Below are positions 11,476 to 24,500 of a stretch of 64,000 nucleotides of DNA, piece after piece. Origin of the DNA: Klebsormidium nitens (Eukaryota; Plantae; Klebsormidiophyceae); the NCBI GenBank assembly GCA_000708835.1, contig DF236977.1:1-64000 (forward strand), in the 5' to 3' direction. Numbering within the stretch: the first letter of the stretch is position 1; each line of letters opens with the position of its first letter. The translations under genes and the position numbers were made by a program. The notes under the pieces are model-generated. The model was not told the origin of the DNA, ran no database searches, and saw only the letters and a list, made by a program, of their open reading frames with translations.

Positions 11476-14400
11476 ATGCTGACTAGACACACTTTGTGCC
11501 AACCCCAGGTGGCCCATCCCGCGCTTGCTCCCACCAGAAAAGCAGGCAGGTGTACAGTAATTGCTGCGCCTGCTCCAACAATCACAGCTGCACGCACCGC
11601 TTCCAGGCCTGTGGAGACAGTGATGCTTTCTATCATCACAGGGACAGAGGGGGATGCGGGCATGTTTGGCTCCGCGAAGGTGAACGCTTTTCCACTCCAA
11701 GGCAGGGCAATGCGATTATAGAGCATGGTATGCACCTTTCATAAGGAATGGAAAATTCCTGTTTCACAGAAATATGCTTGCAGCAAGCATAAACTTACAT
11801 ATCCCGTTCCACGCGAATCCATCTGGATCAAGAACCTTCTGGGGCGAAGAGTGATGATGACCAGCTTCCAAACACACCTTGCTTGAATAGGGCCCCCAAG
11901 CTTGGACCGTCTGTTGTTATGCTACAAAAGCCAAACTGCAGATCTGGAAATTCAGGTCACTCCCTTTGAGGGCTCTGAAAGACCCTGGATCTGTTTGTAT
12001 GCTCAAGATTAGTAAATCCGTTCATTGCTGATCTCCCATTGCTCTTGCAGGTGACATTTGTGTCCAAGCAAGGGGAGCGCTACCCGCCAAATGGGCTGGA
12101 GATCAGCGGCCCCTTTGCGCACAGCACCCGCAAGGACCCCAAACAGTGCAAGCTGCCTGTCGGCTTTGAGGTGGCTGGCATCATTGTGGAAAACCCCAAG
12201 GACATGCGCATCGACATCCGCGTATTGGCCTGGCTGGCGCACCGCCTTGACGTCAAGATCCCGGTGGTCAACCAGAACCTGCTCAACCTGCTGACCAGCC
12301 TGCCCTTCTTCAAGCGGCTTACTGACGGCGATGTGAGCTCTTCTCTGCTTTTGTACATCAGAAATACATCATGCTAGCTGATATCTAGGAAACTCTTTTA
12401 CAGCAAATGTGGCTCCAAAGCCCTTGAAACCTGAGCAGAGTCAGGATACATAAGCTGCGGGGATGCGTCCAGATCCTTAAGCCAGGATCAAACTACATGC
12501 CACATTCTCAGTCCTGCGCTGTGGCTCGTGCGCTATACTTGTCAATGCTTTTGGACACGCATTCATAAGCATGCCACTTCCTGTTCCCACTTACTGTGTT
12601 TGGAGGGCTATCAAACTCTCTGGAGTTTGTCAAGCAGATTAAAGCAGGCATTGACCAAGCACTTACGTTGATGAAAGAAGAAGGGAGTATCCAATGAAGA
12701 AAATCTGACTGAAGGTCAAATTTCTACGTCAGATATGCCCATTAAGATACACAGCAGCAACTAGAGCAGAGAGTCAAAATATCTGTTGTGCCTGTTCACC
12801 TAGAAAGCCTGCTGCGAGTCCCTGACCTTCGACTTGTTGCTCTGCCAACAAACAAAACGACCTTTCAAATCAACGCTCAATTGCCAGCCCTTCACCACCC
12901 TTTTGGAAGAAAGTCTAGTGGTTCCTTTGCTTCTTACGTCCCTTCCCTTTTCTGAGTCTCTTTGTCTCCGTCCCCTGCAGTGGTACATCTACCAGCTGGA
13001 GCTGGCCGGCGGGACAGGTGCCGGCGAGAAGCAGGTGTTCCCGCTGTTCGGCTGGGTGGAGGAGGCCTCGGTGCGCCTCGCCTTCGACGGCACGGCCTAC
13101 CTGCCGCAGGACACGCCCCCGGGGCTGACGTCATGGAGGAGGAAGGCGCTCATCGTCAACCAGAACGCCTACAACTACCAGCCGGTATGGGCCTGCGTGC
13201 AGTTGTGTGACTATTCCCTACCATCGGATATTTCTGCAACCTGGCTGGGGGCCACCTTGATGTCATATTTAGTTCTGACGATTGACTCACCCGCCTATAG
13301 GTAGGGGCCTCCAGTTGCTGGGAATCCGTATTGACTCTGATCGCTAACTCTGTGCGAGGCAAATCAGTGGTAGCTTGTTGCAGCTTTCCTCCGTGTCAAC
13401 TTTTTGCCTGCTTTGCAGAGTCCTTCCTTTGCACGTACGTTTCTCCAAGACCACCGCACTTGGTCAACCACGTGAGCGGTGGCGTGCACCCAGGTCTAGA
13501 TGCACGCAGTTACAACTGTTTCTGGTTGTCACTTTGTGCGCGCTCATGCAGAACCTCATTGACTCCCTGTGCTGCAGTATAACGATCTGAGCAAGCCGCC
13601 CAACAACGACAACTACCTGTCTCCGGACTTCCGGCCAACGCTGGACCCCTATCCACAGTAGGTACTTCACAACTGTGCTGTCGGATCTGCCGCAATATCT
13701 CTAGGTGGAGTGTTTATATCATATTCTATTCTAACAGCAGGCTGGTGAAACGAAACAGAATTAAGAATGATAAGTGTCGTTGCAGTTGATCGCAGATTGT
13801 GAAATGGAAGTCTCGGACCTAAGTGCAATGGCGTATAGGCCTGTCAGCTTGAAGAAATGAGGACGCTATACAGCATCTTGCCCGACCTTTTTGGCAACTG
13901 CCAGCAGTCACGTCCCCTCCACGCTCAACCCTTTCCCGTCTTGGGTTTCCCGCAACTCTGACCTTGGTGTGGATTCCCGCAGGCACGTGCAGGCCCCCCG
14001 CACGGGCCCCGACGCGGGCACCATCCCGCGCGACGAGACGTTCGGCCTGAGCAAGAGCAAGAGCTTCACCCAGGGCACCCTGCGCGGCGCCGTCAACCTG
14101 CTGTGGGCGCTGCTCAACAACGGCGGGACGGGCCCCATTTTGGTGCGCGACGTCGCGGCCGGCGTGGCGGTGGGCTATTTCGTGGGGACCGTCGCGGAGC
14201 AGTTCCTGACGCCAGATGTTCTTGCGGCGGCGGGACAGCTGTTGGACGGCCTCCTGCCTGGCGCGGTGCAGAGCGTGGTGTGGTTCGTGTTTGGGAAGCT
14301 CCCGGTGAAGACCGCCGCGGGGGGCCTCGCGGGGCTGGCGACCGGGCTCGCCCTTCTGCTGTGAGTGGCCGGGACGAAGTCGAGTTGGAACTTAAGTAGA

Positions 14401-17400
14401 GTCTGCGCTAACACGGGTGGGCCGATGAAGCTTGGAATGCAGTCTGACCAAGGGTCTGTCGAAGCTCTTTAACAACGTCGATTGCAAGAAATTTTTCTCC
14501 TTACGCGCTGCATCGGACTCGATCAAACGTCTTGCCGAGCCTCGCCATTGCCTTACTGGTGCGTGCGCGAAACCAAGCAAGCTCTCCGTTCTTTGCCACC
14601 GCAGGAATGACGTCAAGAAGCTGTCGTATACGAGCGTGGAGGCGTATGCGAAGTCGTGCTTCAAGCACGACTTCCGCCTGGGCCCGTTGCTGATTGGGTA
14701 CCAGGAGCCGTGGGTGTACACGCTGGGGGAGCAGCAGCCGGACAAGGCGTGGAACACGGACTTCATGTTCGGCTGGCAGACCGTGGCCGGGATCAACCCG
14801 GAGAGCATCACGCTCGTCACTTCTGAGAAACAGATCATTGGCGGCGGGACCATCACGGTGCGACAAGCGGTGGCAGAGGGCTGCTTGTGCTGCGGCACTT
14901 TGCTTCCTGCGTACTGCCGGAAAGCAACTGAATAGGATTTTACTGCATCCCCTGATTAGTTGCACGAATGGCCTTCGTTTAAAAAGAATGAGGTAGTGCT
15001 CGGAGGCCGTTTCGTTGCCGTTTTCTGTTGGAGCCTTGAGAGCTGTAGAGGCACGTTTCGTTTGCCGATGTGCCTGCGCCTGACATTTTTTGTTTGCCGA
15101 TGTTCAGGAGGAAGACCTGCAGAAGGTCAAGAAGGAGCTGCCGACATTTGACAAGGATCTTAAGAACAAGCAGATCTTCATCCTGGACTTCAGCGTTCTG
15201 TACGAGTTCATGAACACGTTCAACAATGAAGTGAGCTTTCCTCGGCATTTGAGCTACTTTCCGGGTGACATGTGTCATGTAACCAGCCAGATTGCCCAGC
15301 AAGAGACAGAGCCGTGAGCACAAGGTATCAACGAGTGAAGCTGCTGTCAAGGAAGATCATTAAAAAACGTTATCTCCAAAGAGATTGCTACAATTCTTTT
15401 GAAGGGCACTTGTGAAAGGATCGGGGCCTCCAGATCTCCAGCCGGCTCCTACCCCGGATATCTAGCCGATACGATCCTTTCTTGTGCTTGAGACCGTCTG
15501 TGACGCTTGCTGGCGCAACAAGCATTTTCTCTAAGAAGACGCGGCAACTGGCGGCAGCGCTAGGTCTCACTGCCCACGTGCAGAGTGCATTGGTGTGGCT
15601 CCGCTCGCGGTAGATCCCCTTGCGTTGCCCTGCCACCCAGCGGAGCTCCGTTTCCGTTCCGCGCAGGCCGGCAAGAAGGCGGGCAAGCACTTGTACGCCC
15701 CGGTGGTGCTCCTGCGCCAGGCGGACAATGAGCACCTGGGCGTCCCCGTGCCCATCGCCGTCAAGCTGGCCAAGGGCGAGGACGAGATCGTCACCCCCGG
15801 CAGCGACTCCAGCCAGGGCAAGTGGGGCTGGACCCTCGCCAAGGTCAGAGGAACCCCTTGAAGCACTAGACCCCGCCTTTGGCTAATTAAGAAAGTGCGT
15901 TGCTTCTTCGGAGAAAGCGACATCATGTATCGTGTGTCGCGGGCAGCACATCTCTGCGAGCTAGAACTGGTGCGTGTCTGCTTCTTGTGTTTATCCCTAA
16001 TGCCACCTTCAGAAAGAGAAAGCACTTGACTGCAGATGGACTTGAGACTGCAAATCTTGATTTCTCCATGTCTGGGGCGGTCTCGACTCTTATTGAGGGG
16101 CAGCATGCGCAAGCCTTCATAGCACGCAAGTATCTGGCCGGTAGCTGACATGTACTGTTCCAAAAAGAAGCATATCTTCCCAGTTAGAAGCGTTCAGAAT
16201 TCCAAAACTACAGACTTCACCGAGTTGAGGCGGTTTGGTTCCGAACTTGTGCAGGCAATCGCGGCGTCCGGCAACTCCGGGGTCCACCAGCTGGGTCAGC
16301 ACTGGCTGCGCACCCATGCCGTGTGCGAGGTGAGAGCGAAACCCTATCACCAAAAAAGCTAAGGCAGACAGTCTATGTAGAGTACAGACGATCCACCGTT
16401 CCACCCTTGAATCAACTTTGGAAAAGTTTCTGCCTTTCCAACACAGTCATGTTGTCAACGGTAACACCATAATCGATGCTGGTGACCGCACTTGAAAAGC
16501 AGACAGTCCTGCTCTTGTCTCCCATCCAGGATCGTTATAAAGCTGCGCTGAAGACATAAGCATCTGTGAGAAACACGTGACGTTTCGCCTGTGTTTCAGA
16601 CGTACGCGCTGGCGATGCGGCGGCAGCTGTCGGAGGTGCACCCTCTGTTCAAGCTGCTCATCCCGCACACGCGCTACACGATGGACATCAACAACAAGGC
16701 GCGCGTCTCGCTCATCAACACCAACGGCGTCATCGAATCCAACTTCTCGCCGGGGCCGGAGGCCATGCAGGTGGGCGAGTGCTCAAGAAGCGACCGGTCC
16801 TTGTTGGAAAACAAGAAACAGGAAAAAGGAAACACCTCGGCCGGTGGTGCTGACCGAACGCAGATTCTGAAATTCCTGCTCCGGAAGGGCAGCTGCATCA
16901 ATCACTTCCCAATTGACTTCAGAAAAGAAAGACGTATTCGTCTTGACAAGAAGAGGGACACCAAGGCAGTCAAGTTTCTTGTCAGTTAGAAGAACGAGAA
17001 AGACTCCTCAAACTGGTCGAAGACCAGGCTGTTGTGATGAAGCTTTTCCGGCGTTCAGCAAAATTGAGGGAATTGCCGGCTGGTTCACCGGCATCAGGGC
17101 AACTTTTTACCGGAGAATCGACCAATCAACTCCACCTTCGCCGCCTGACTGCATCCTCGTTGCGCGTCGCAGGTGTCCGCGGCCGCATACCGCGGGTGGC
17201 GCTTCGAGAACGAGAACCCGGAGCAGGACCTGAAAGCGCGCGGGGTGCTCGACAAGAGCGCGCTGCCCAACTACCCGTACCGCGAGCACGCGCTCGAGGT
17301 GTGGGGCGCGCTGCGCGAGTACGTGCGCGAGTACGTGGACCTGTACTACACGGGGTCGCAGGACATCGCGGACGACTACGAGCTGCAGGCCTTCTGGGCG

Positions 17401-19860
17401 GACGTCAAGCAGGCGCACTCCAGTGAGCGCGCGCGCACAATTGCTGACTGTCAGCCGGTGGATGGATTGCGGCTGCTTGTGGACCAGAAGATGTTGCGCA
17501 ATGCGAGCTTTTAATCTCGTTTCGAGGACCGGCAAGCCTCTATCCATGAGATAGCGTTGACTACGTGTATGCACCCGATGATTGAATATCTTCAGGTTAT
17601 GATGAATGTTCTTGCGGATGCAAGTATTGAAAGGGCCAACGGTTATCAAGCTCTTCTTTGGAGGCAGACCGAGACTTGAAAGCGGGAACATGACCACGCG
17701 GTACAAGCCGTTCAGAGTGGACTTGATACGGTCACGATTGTCCACAAAATTGAAGTTCACCGTGCAGAATTCGACACTCGTGCTTGCAGGTCTTGACACG
17801 TGGCTGAAGATTCCAGCGAACCTCCCGAAAGGTGAGTAGCGCGCACACAAGCCATGCTTCTAGGAAGTGCAGGCGTGCAGTAAGCCATATCTGCGACCGA
17901 TGACTAGACTGGTTACACTCCGGGAACAGCTTTAAGTTTTTGATTCAACGGAGAGTTGGCCGACTTGAGGGCGCGGAGAGTTTTCCAGAGCAGGGACAAG
18001 ACGAGATTCGAAGCCAACCTCGAGCCTTAGAATCGAGTGATGCTGGAACCACTTGAGGGTGAAACGAATGCACTGTTCCCCCTCCCTTCCGTGTTTCTCA
18101 TCTTCAGAGGAGACAGCTCCTTCATCTCGATCATTCTTGAATCATTGAAGGCCCCTTAAATGTGCAAAACCTGATTGTATAGCCGGTTATTGTTCGACGA
18201 ATCGTAAAGCCAACGTTCAGACTGCATGAGGCTGGCCTTGAGAACAACTTTTTCTTCAAGCTGAGACGCCTTATGCAGCTTCTCAAGGAGGGTGCAGCAG
18301 CTGCAACTGAACCGATCGCTTACTCCGCAGGTGCGGAGCCGGGCCTGGTGTGGCCGGACCTGAAAACAAAGGACGACCTGGTCATGATTCTGGGCACCAT
18401 CATGTGGGCCGGCAGCGCCATGCACTCCGTCGTCAACTTCGGCCAGTACGACTACGCGGTGAGGCGCGCGTTGTGGAGTGACGGACTGCATTTCATCTGG
18501 TTTATTGTCGTTGCGATCAAAACACGGACTGATTGCCCGGCTCTAGAGCGCTTCAAGCAGCATGACATGGCGGCTATACAGCCTTGCTGATAGGGTAGAT
18601 TGCCCTACTTTGAATCAGCAGCCATAAAGAACCAATGCCCGTAAGCGAAACTGGCGCCCTCGAAATCGAGAACCCACTTGCCTAGCTATTAGATCAGAAC
18701 CAGCAACAAGTGAACGTGTTCAGCAGGCAGCCCGTGAGGAGCTAACAACCTCAACCGACTCTCACAAACTACGCTAGCGAACTCGATTAAAAGTGAGCCA
18801 GATCAGCGCCTTGTGAATCTCTACGAAGATTGACCTTCTCCGTCATTGGACCGTGGCTGAAAGGCCCCACTTTCGTGCTTGTACTGAGTGGGCCTGCTTT
18901 CTCGTGCAGGCCTTCGTGCCCAACTCGCCTGCGTCCATCCGCGGGGAGTTCGACTACGCCAAGCTGCGCGCGGGCGAGTACACGGAGCGCGACTTCATGG
19001 CCGCCATGCCCACCGCCTTCGAGATGACCACCGTCATGACCGTCGTCGAGGTGCGCGCGCGCCGCTCTGCTCAGCCTGCTCGCGCATTGCCCCGGTTCAT
19101 CTCATTCGAACCTTCCATCGTGTTGGCTGCCTCAGCGAAATTCATGCAAGAGCTCTGCTGCCACCGATGTTGTAATTTCGCAACGCTGCAGGCGGTGAAC
19201 CGAAGTTTGCGACTTACCTTCGTTCTGCAGTTTAGCTGGATCCTTTCTGAGGCTAGGTTTTGTGACATCAGCGGCAAGTATGCACAGCGTGTGGATCCGT
19301 ATCATGGATCCTTGCCAATGTCCAGTCTCTGATACCGAGGCACAATCTCGGCACTTCCAGCGGTCAGATTTTGTTCGGTACCTTCCAGGAGCATGCTTTG
19401 GTAAACCTAGTCAGTTGCCCAACGCAAATCTTGTCGTTCGGGAAGGAGGATCAGGTACCTGAGTACGATAGATTAAGCCCTTGAGTAGCTCCTGAAGGAC
19501 TGGGATGCAGACGGCCTCGGCCCACTGATGACCCCCCCGGCCCGTTCGCTTCGCTTGCAGGCCCTGGTGGTCCACGCCGGCGACGAGCAGTACCTGGGGC
19601 AGCAGTCGGAGGCGGCCCCGCCGGGCGTGTACCCGCCGGAGCTGACCGCCGACCCCTGGCTGGTGGACGACAAGGCGAGCCAGGTGTACGACAGGTTCGT
19701 GGCGCGGGTTAACAAGGCACAGGAGAAGCTGGAAGGCCTGAACAAGGCGGCGGAGAAGGCCGGGAGCCCCCCGTACTACTACCTGCTGCCGCGCAAGGAC
19801 ATGGCCGACTGGGACCGCAACGTCCCCGCGCAGGGGGTGCCCAACAGCGTCACCATCTGA
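11476..19860 (+). CDS. LOX: Lipoxygenase (PLAT + LOX catalytic domain) with a likely plastid transit peptide, 15 exons, about 935 aa
   Basis: Exons 11476-11679, 12051-12332, 12981-13184, 13578-13657, 13983-14360, 14605-14857, 15108-15230, 15667-15843, 16255-16329, 16600-16770, 17173-17422, 17790-17831, 18331-18458, 18910-19050 and 19561-19860 splice in frame. Motifs: ITGTEGDAG (PLAT start), YNDL, IPRDETF, WNTDFMFGWQTVAGINP, HQLGQHWLRTH, HSVVNFGQY and C-terminal PNSVTI. All five iron ligands are present. The first exon and start codon are less certain. Confidence 0.95.
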
Positions 19861-21581
19861 GGACGCTCTGCCGTGCGGGACGGGCGGCGACTAACAGGAT
19901 GAGAATGGACGGCAGACCCTTGGCAAGGAGCGGCCAGAGTCTGACGACTTGCTGAGTTGCTTGCTGGCGTCGACAGGGATTTCTTTCTGACCAGATTAGC
20001 GCGGGCGCTTAGGTTCAAAGTTGCAAGTGCTGCGCAAGAGAATTGATTATAACTTAACTTAGTCATGGTCCGATCAATCGACTGAGATTCTGTGTGTGGT
20101 GTGGAGTGGTCAATCTGGACAGCTGCCTGACTGCATAATTGGACATTGAGACACCGTGAACGCTAGTAGAAACGTACTAAGTTAACGGCCGTCGACTTTT
20201 GTGTTTGAGTGGAGTGAGGGAAGGCCGACAATAGACACAATCCCCAGTGGTTACATGTTAGTGTGTACAAACGGAGTGTTTGTGTTTGATTGATCCGTAA
20301 CTGCAACTGTCATGTAGATCTCTGCCAGAGTCTAATCTAACCGCAGTAACCTAGGCTAACCGCAGCTAGTAACCTAACCGCAGAAACGCACGACGTTCGC
20401 CTAGAAGTTGACCCGTTGATGGCACAAACCTGCTGGTGTTTGGTTCCCTGTTTCCTGTTTTGCTATCGGAGACCCTCTCATGAGTTGGCCTCGAACAACT
20501 CAGGCTGACGCTCAACCGTAATCGTAGAGGAATCAGGTCGGACGTTGGACATAACCGTTGCACCTTCGAGTCCGACTATTTAAGTCCGCCCAGGTATGAG
20601 TTAGCAGCGTTTTTTATTTGCCGAGCTCACCGATTGCCTGCAAGCTACAAGTCTCTGCTACCGATTGCTTGGCGGCAAGCTAGCTACAACTCTGCAACTC
20701 TCTGAGAGAGCTGCAGATTTACCAAGCTAGCTGTTCGGCGCCAGTCACTCAGCCTGCACGTATACATGTCCCACGAACGGCGGCGCACATGTATGGTCAA
20801 TACAGAGATATTGAGTACCCACTGATGCGTTAAGACTGCAATAAGACTGTACGCGGGCCCCGTGCATAAGGCGTGATCCGAGTCGCGCACCGTATGTGTA
20901 CCGTGTACACATTCGAGGGCGTCCAATATTCAGTGACAGCGCAAGCTCATGGGCGCAAGCTCCGCGATCTGTGATGCTGTGTCCCGCATGCCAAGTCGGA
21001 GCTTTCATTCGTTGATCGCGATGATTGTCATAGGTTGCCCGGATCCGACGAGGCCGTTCCATGTATATCGTTTCCGGCGTTCCCGCAACTGGGTGCAAAT
21101 CGTGGCATGATAAGCTCTGTGCTCCAAAAGTTCGCATGCTTATCGAAGTGGGTAAGTTCACATGTTTTGCACCTCGACTCGCGCAGCTGACCTATTCTGT
21201 TATGCAATGAGTACGCATTAGCGAGGCACCTCATGCACCGCACTCATCAGCTAGACAGCACGCTATGGAGAAGTCTAAACGATCGACGTGTAGGACACGC
21301 ACAGCTGGAAGAAGGCACCGTGACATAGGGTCCACGCATATTCACACACTTGCTGCAGCTGAGCAGGTATGTCCGACTGGCCCAGGTCCCAGACGGGCTG
21401 TACATGGTTGGTGGGGTCTTGCGGAGCAGATTCGTTTGGAAAATTAAGAGACAAACCTGGTTGCCAAACCCGCTCTTCCGAATCAAGTGGGCAAGATACC
21501 AACGCAACTTTCAAATTGGTCAACCCCATGAGGCTTTAAGCAGCGCCTGACGCACAACGCTTCTTTTATGGACAAGCATCG

Positions 21582-24500
21582 CTATGAGGGCCCTGAAGCA
21601 GGGTGGTAACTCATGAACCGGTTAATCAATGTTCTTGGTGAGCCTTGCGGCAGGATGGACGTGAACTTGGCCCCAAAATCTTGCGCCAGGTCCTTGCTCG
21701 CCTGTTCGGTGCGCCTGCACAGGTCGCTTACTCCCGACACCAGCTGGCACAGGGCCTCAGCCTGCACAGCGGCACGCTCATCAATCATTACACAACTTCG
21801 ACCAGGGTCCAAGAAGTTAGTTGACAATCAGCGAGTCACACGGTCCGACCTTAGCACTCCGTCCAAACCCCAATCTGGATCCAAGTAAAGCACAGAGGCC
21901 TAGATTCTCTCCATGGAACAGTCTACAACGATCAATCAGCAAGTTCAACAATCAGGTTCGCCAAGAGCAGCAACAGTTGCACCCCCGAAGTTTGAAGGCT
22001 GCACCTGAAACGCCAACTTCCTTCTTGTTTCTTCCAACGTCGTGTCCAGCCCCACGCTTTCAACCGCCGGCGGGTCCGCTTTGGGGGCCTGCGCCCGTGC
22101 TTCAGCGTCGCGCTCCAAGATCGCCTCCTGGGACGCAATCAGCCGCTGCCAGGCCTTCTCCTGACTCCGCAAACTGCAAACACCAGCGAAATGAGGGGTC
22201 TCGATTCTTGTTGTCTTTGTTTCGGCGAACCAGTTCTTGGCCACCTTTTTGGATCGTTAACTGATGCCAGGAACGCACCGTGGTGAACGACTATCCGATT
22301 TACAAAGGAGTAGACCGACCTGCTCGACCTGCTTGACCGAATCTGAGCGAGCACAACTCGAGGAGAAGCTTGCACTCCCTGTCAAAACGCTGATGACGTC
22401 TTCACGCCTACCGGAACAAGCAACATGAATGAACCTCGAAGAAACAGACTCTCAAGTCGATGGCAATGGGCTTCAATGCAAGGATCTATGCTAACCGTCA
22501 GACCACGTTGAGAAGCGACGGGTAGCCTCTACACATGAGGCGTGCATGAGGGAACACCCTGCCCAACAGAGGCCTTTTCCCAGAGGGACAGGCGGAATCC
22601 CACCTAGCTGCAACAGATTCAAAACGAGAGGAGATGCCGCAGACATCTGCAAGCTGAACATCCGACTCAACCAGCCAGGCGGGACCACGAACTCCCTATG
22701 GTGCTTTTGCTGTACAGGCACTTCTTAGCCTGCTTACTTGCTGCGAAGGGTGAGGAGCGCTTCCCTCCTGTCATCTTCCTCGTCCGCTGCTTCTGCCGCG
22801 CCCGGCCCCAGGCTGCTGCCCGCAAGTATAGACTGCATCCAAACGGCACAGATTGGACTTAAATGCAGTAACCTTAGAAGCCCACCTCCGCACGAACGTT
22901 CTAAACGGCCAATCCGAACAAGATACCTGTTCGGTCTTTGGAGATGGTCGTTGACATGCTTTACATGCTCTGCTTGCAGACAAAGAGCGGTATGACTCGA
23001 AATGACACCGACATGGAAGGCCAGCCTCCATATTGCAGACTGTCACCCCAAAACTTTTGTGAGAGCCTATGCTGGCATAGCTAGAGCGAACCAGTGAACC
23101 AGTCACCAGTACAGTCCAGTTTACAGAAGCTGGCAACCGCGAGTCTGAAGTTGACCGACTCCTCCCGACCATGCCAGCTAAACTTATGTCTTAGTTGGCT
23201 CCATGAGATGGCAGGCAGATACTTGACATGTGTGGATGCTGACCTGAGACATGCCCACCATGGACGGGTCCTCCTTCAACCGTGTCTGAACAGCGCGCAC
23301 CCAATTTCGCATCACGGTGTCCGCTGCAGTGAACCACCCCGTTCCGTCAGTCAAGGATGTAGAAATGAAGCCGGTAGTGCGAATCGGTGTAAAGCCGCAA
23401 GCTCTCAGCAGCGCTTCGCAGCCTCAGCAGTCTCATCAACTGCAAAACGGGCTTAACTTCTCCTGATCTACTCAAATCAAGCTGTCTACTTCGTTCTTTC
23501 AATCCTTCAACCAACTTCAAAGTCTTCTGCGCTGCCTTCTCACCCGCTGTGGCGACATGTTGATGGTCCCCGAAGGCCGCATCAACCGCCTCCTGCTCAT
23601 GGCGGCAAATGCGTCGCAACAGCTGGACAAGCCGCTGGTCCTCCCTCTCTTTGGTCAGCCCCTCGTGGAACGGCACAGCAGGCTCCGCCGCCCCCGAAAA
23701 ATGGGGCAGATCCTGTACCACCGCCGCACCCTCCGCATGGGCGACCGTAGCCCTCAGGGAAGCTGCAATCGAGGCAAGAACATTTCAAGACTTTGCCTGG
23801 GTTGATGAGGAGTTGAGGATCATCGAGGCCCCCAAGGGATGGCGCTTTACGACTTCCGACGGTCAAGGAGGTCCAGCTTTGACTGGCCCCTTTTCTGATG
23901 CCTTCAGGATGCAGGGTAACATTTTCTTGGATCGCTTTATTCCTGACTATATGGGCTTGACTGCTGTGCTGTTGACCACTTTGACCAGAAGAAATACGCT
24001 CTTTGCAATGGGCATATCAATAGTCCCAACACCTCAGCGGTCACAAAATCGACTGGCGTGCATTCTGTTGGCTATTGGCAGCCTGCGGTGCCAACAACGC
24101 TGTCCTCTGAAAACATTGTCACACCCTCATTTGACACACCAGGTGAAGAACAGTAGATGAGTTCCATACCAAATCTAAGCGTCTCACCTCTGGTTTTCCT
24201 TTTGCCACCTTGAGACGGCAATTCCGCCTCTGGGGCTGAGTTCCCCTCCTGCAAAGCACACAGCTGTTGAACAAAGGACGATGGAGGTCACACAGCCAAT
24301 TTGACACTGTTGTCTGGTTGAGAACCACACTGCCCAGCCTGTTCTGCAGTCTGAAGGCCAGGGCAGTAGCGTGCCAGACGTCCGCAGGCACCTTCAATGC
24401 GTCAACTGTTTGCTTTGATCTGGCAGCCCCCATGGGGCCCAGTAAACAGAGACCGTCTGAAACTGCAGATCGCAACAGGGCATAAATCTGGCATCTTATC

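Noticed and set aside
20337-20385. TAACCGCAG x3 degenerate tandem
   Set aside because: Too short, with no TIR, TSD or partner copy to assign a function.
23609-24160. 183-aa plus-strand ORF
   Set aside because: Antisense to the spliced DSN1-like gene, with no motifs or splice context.
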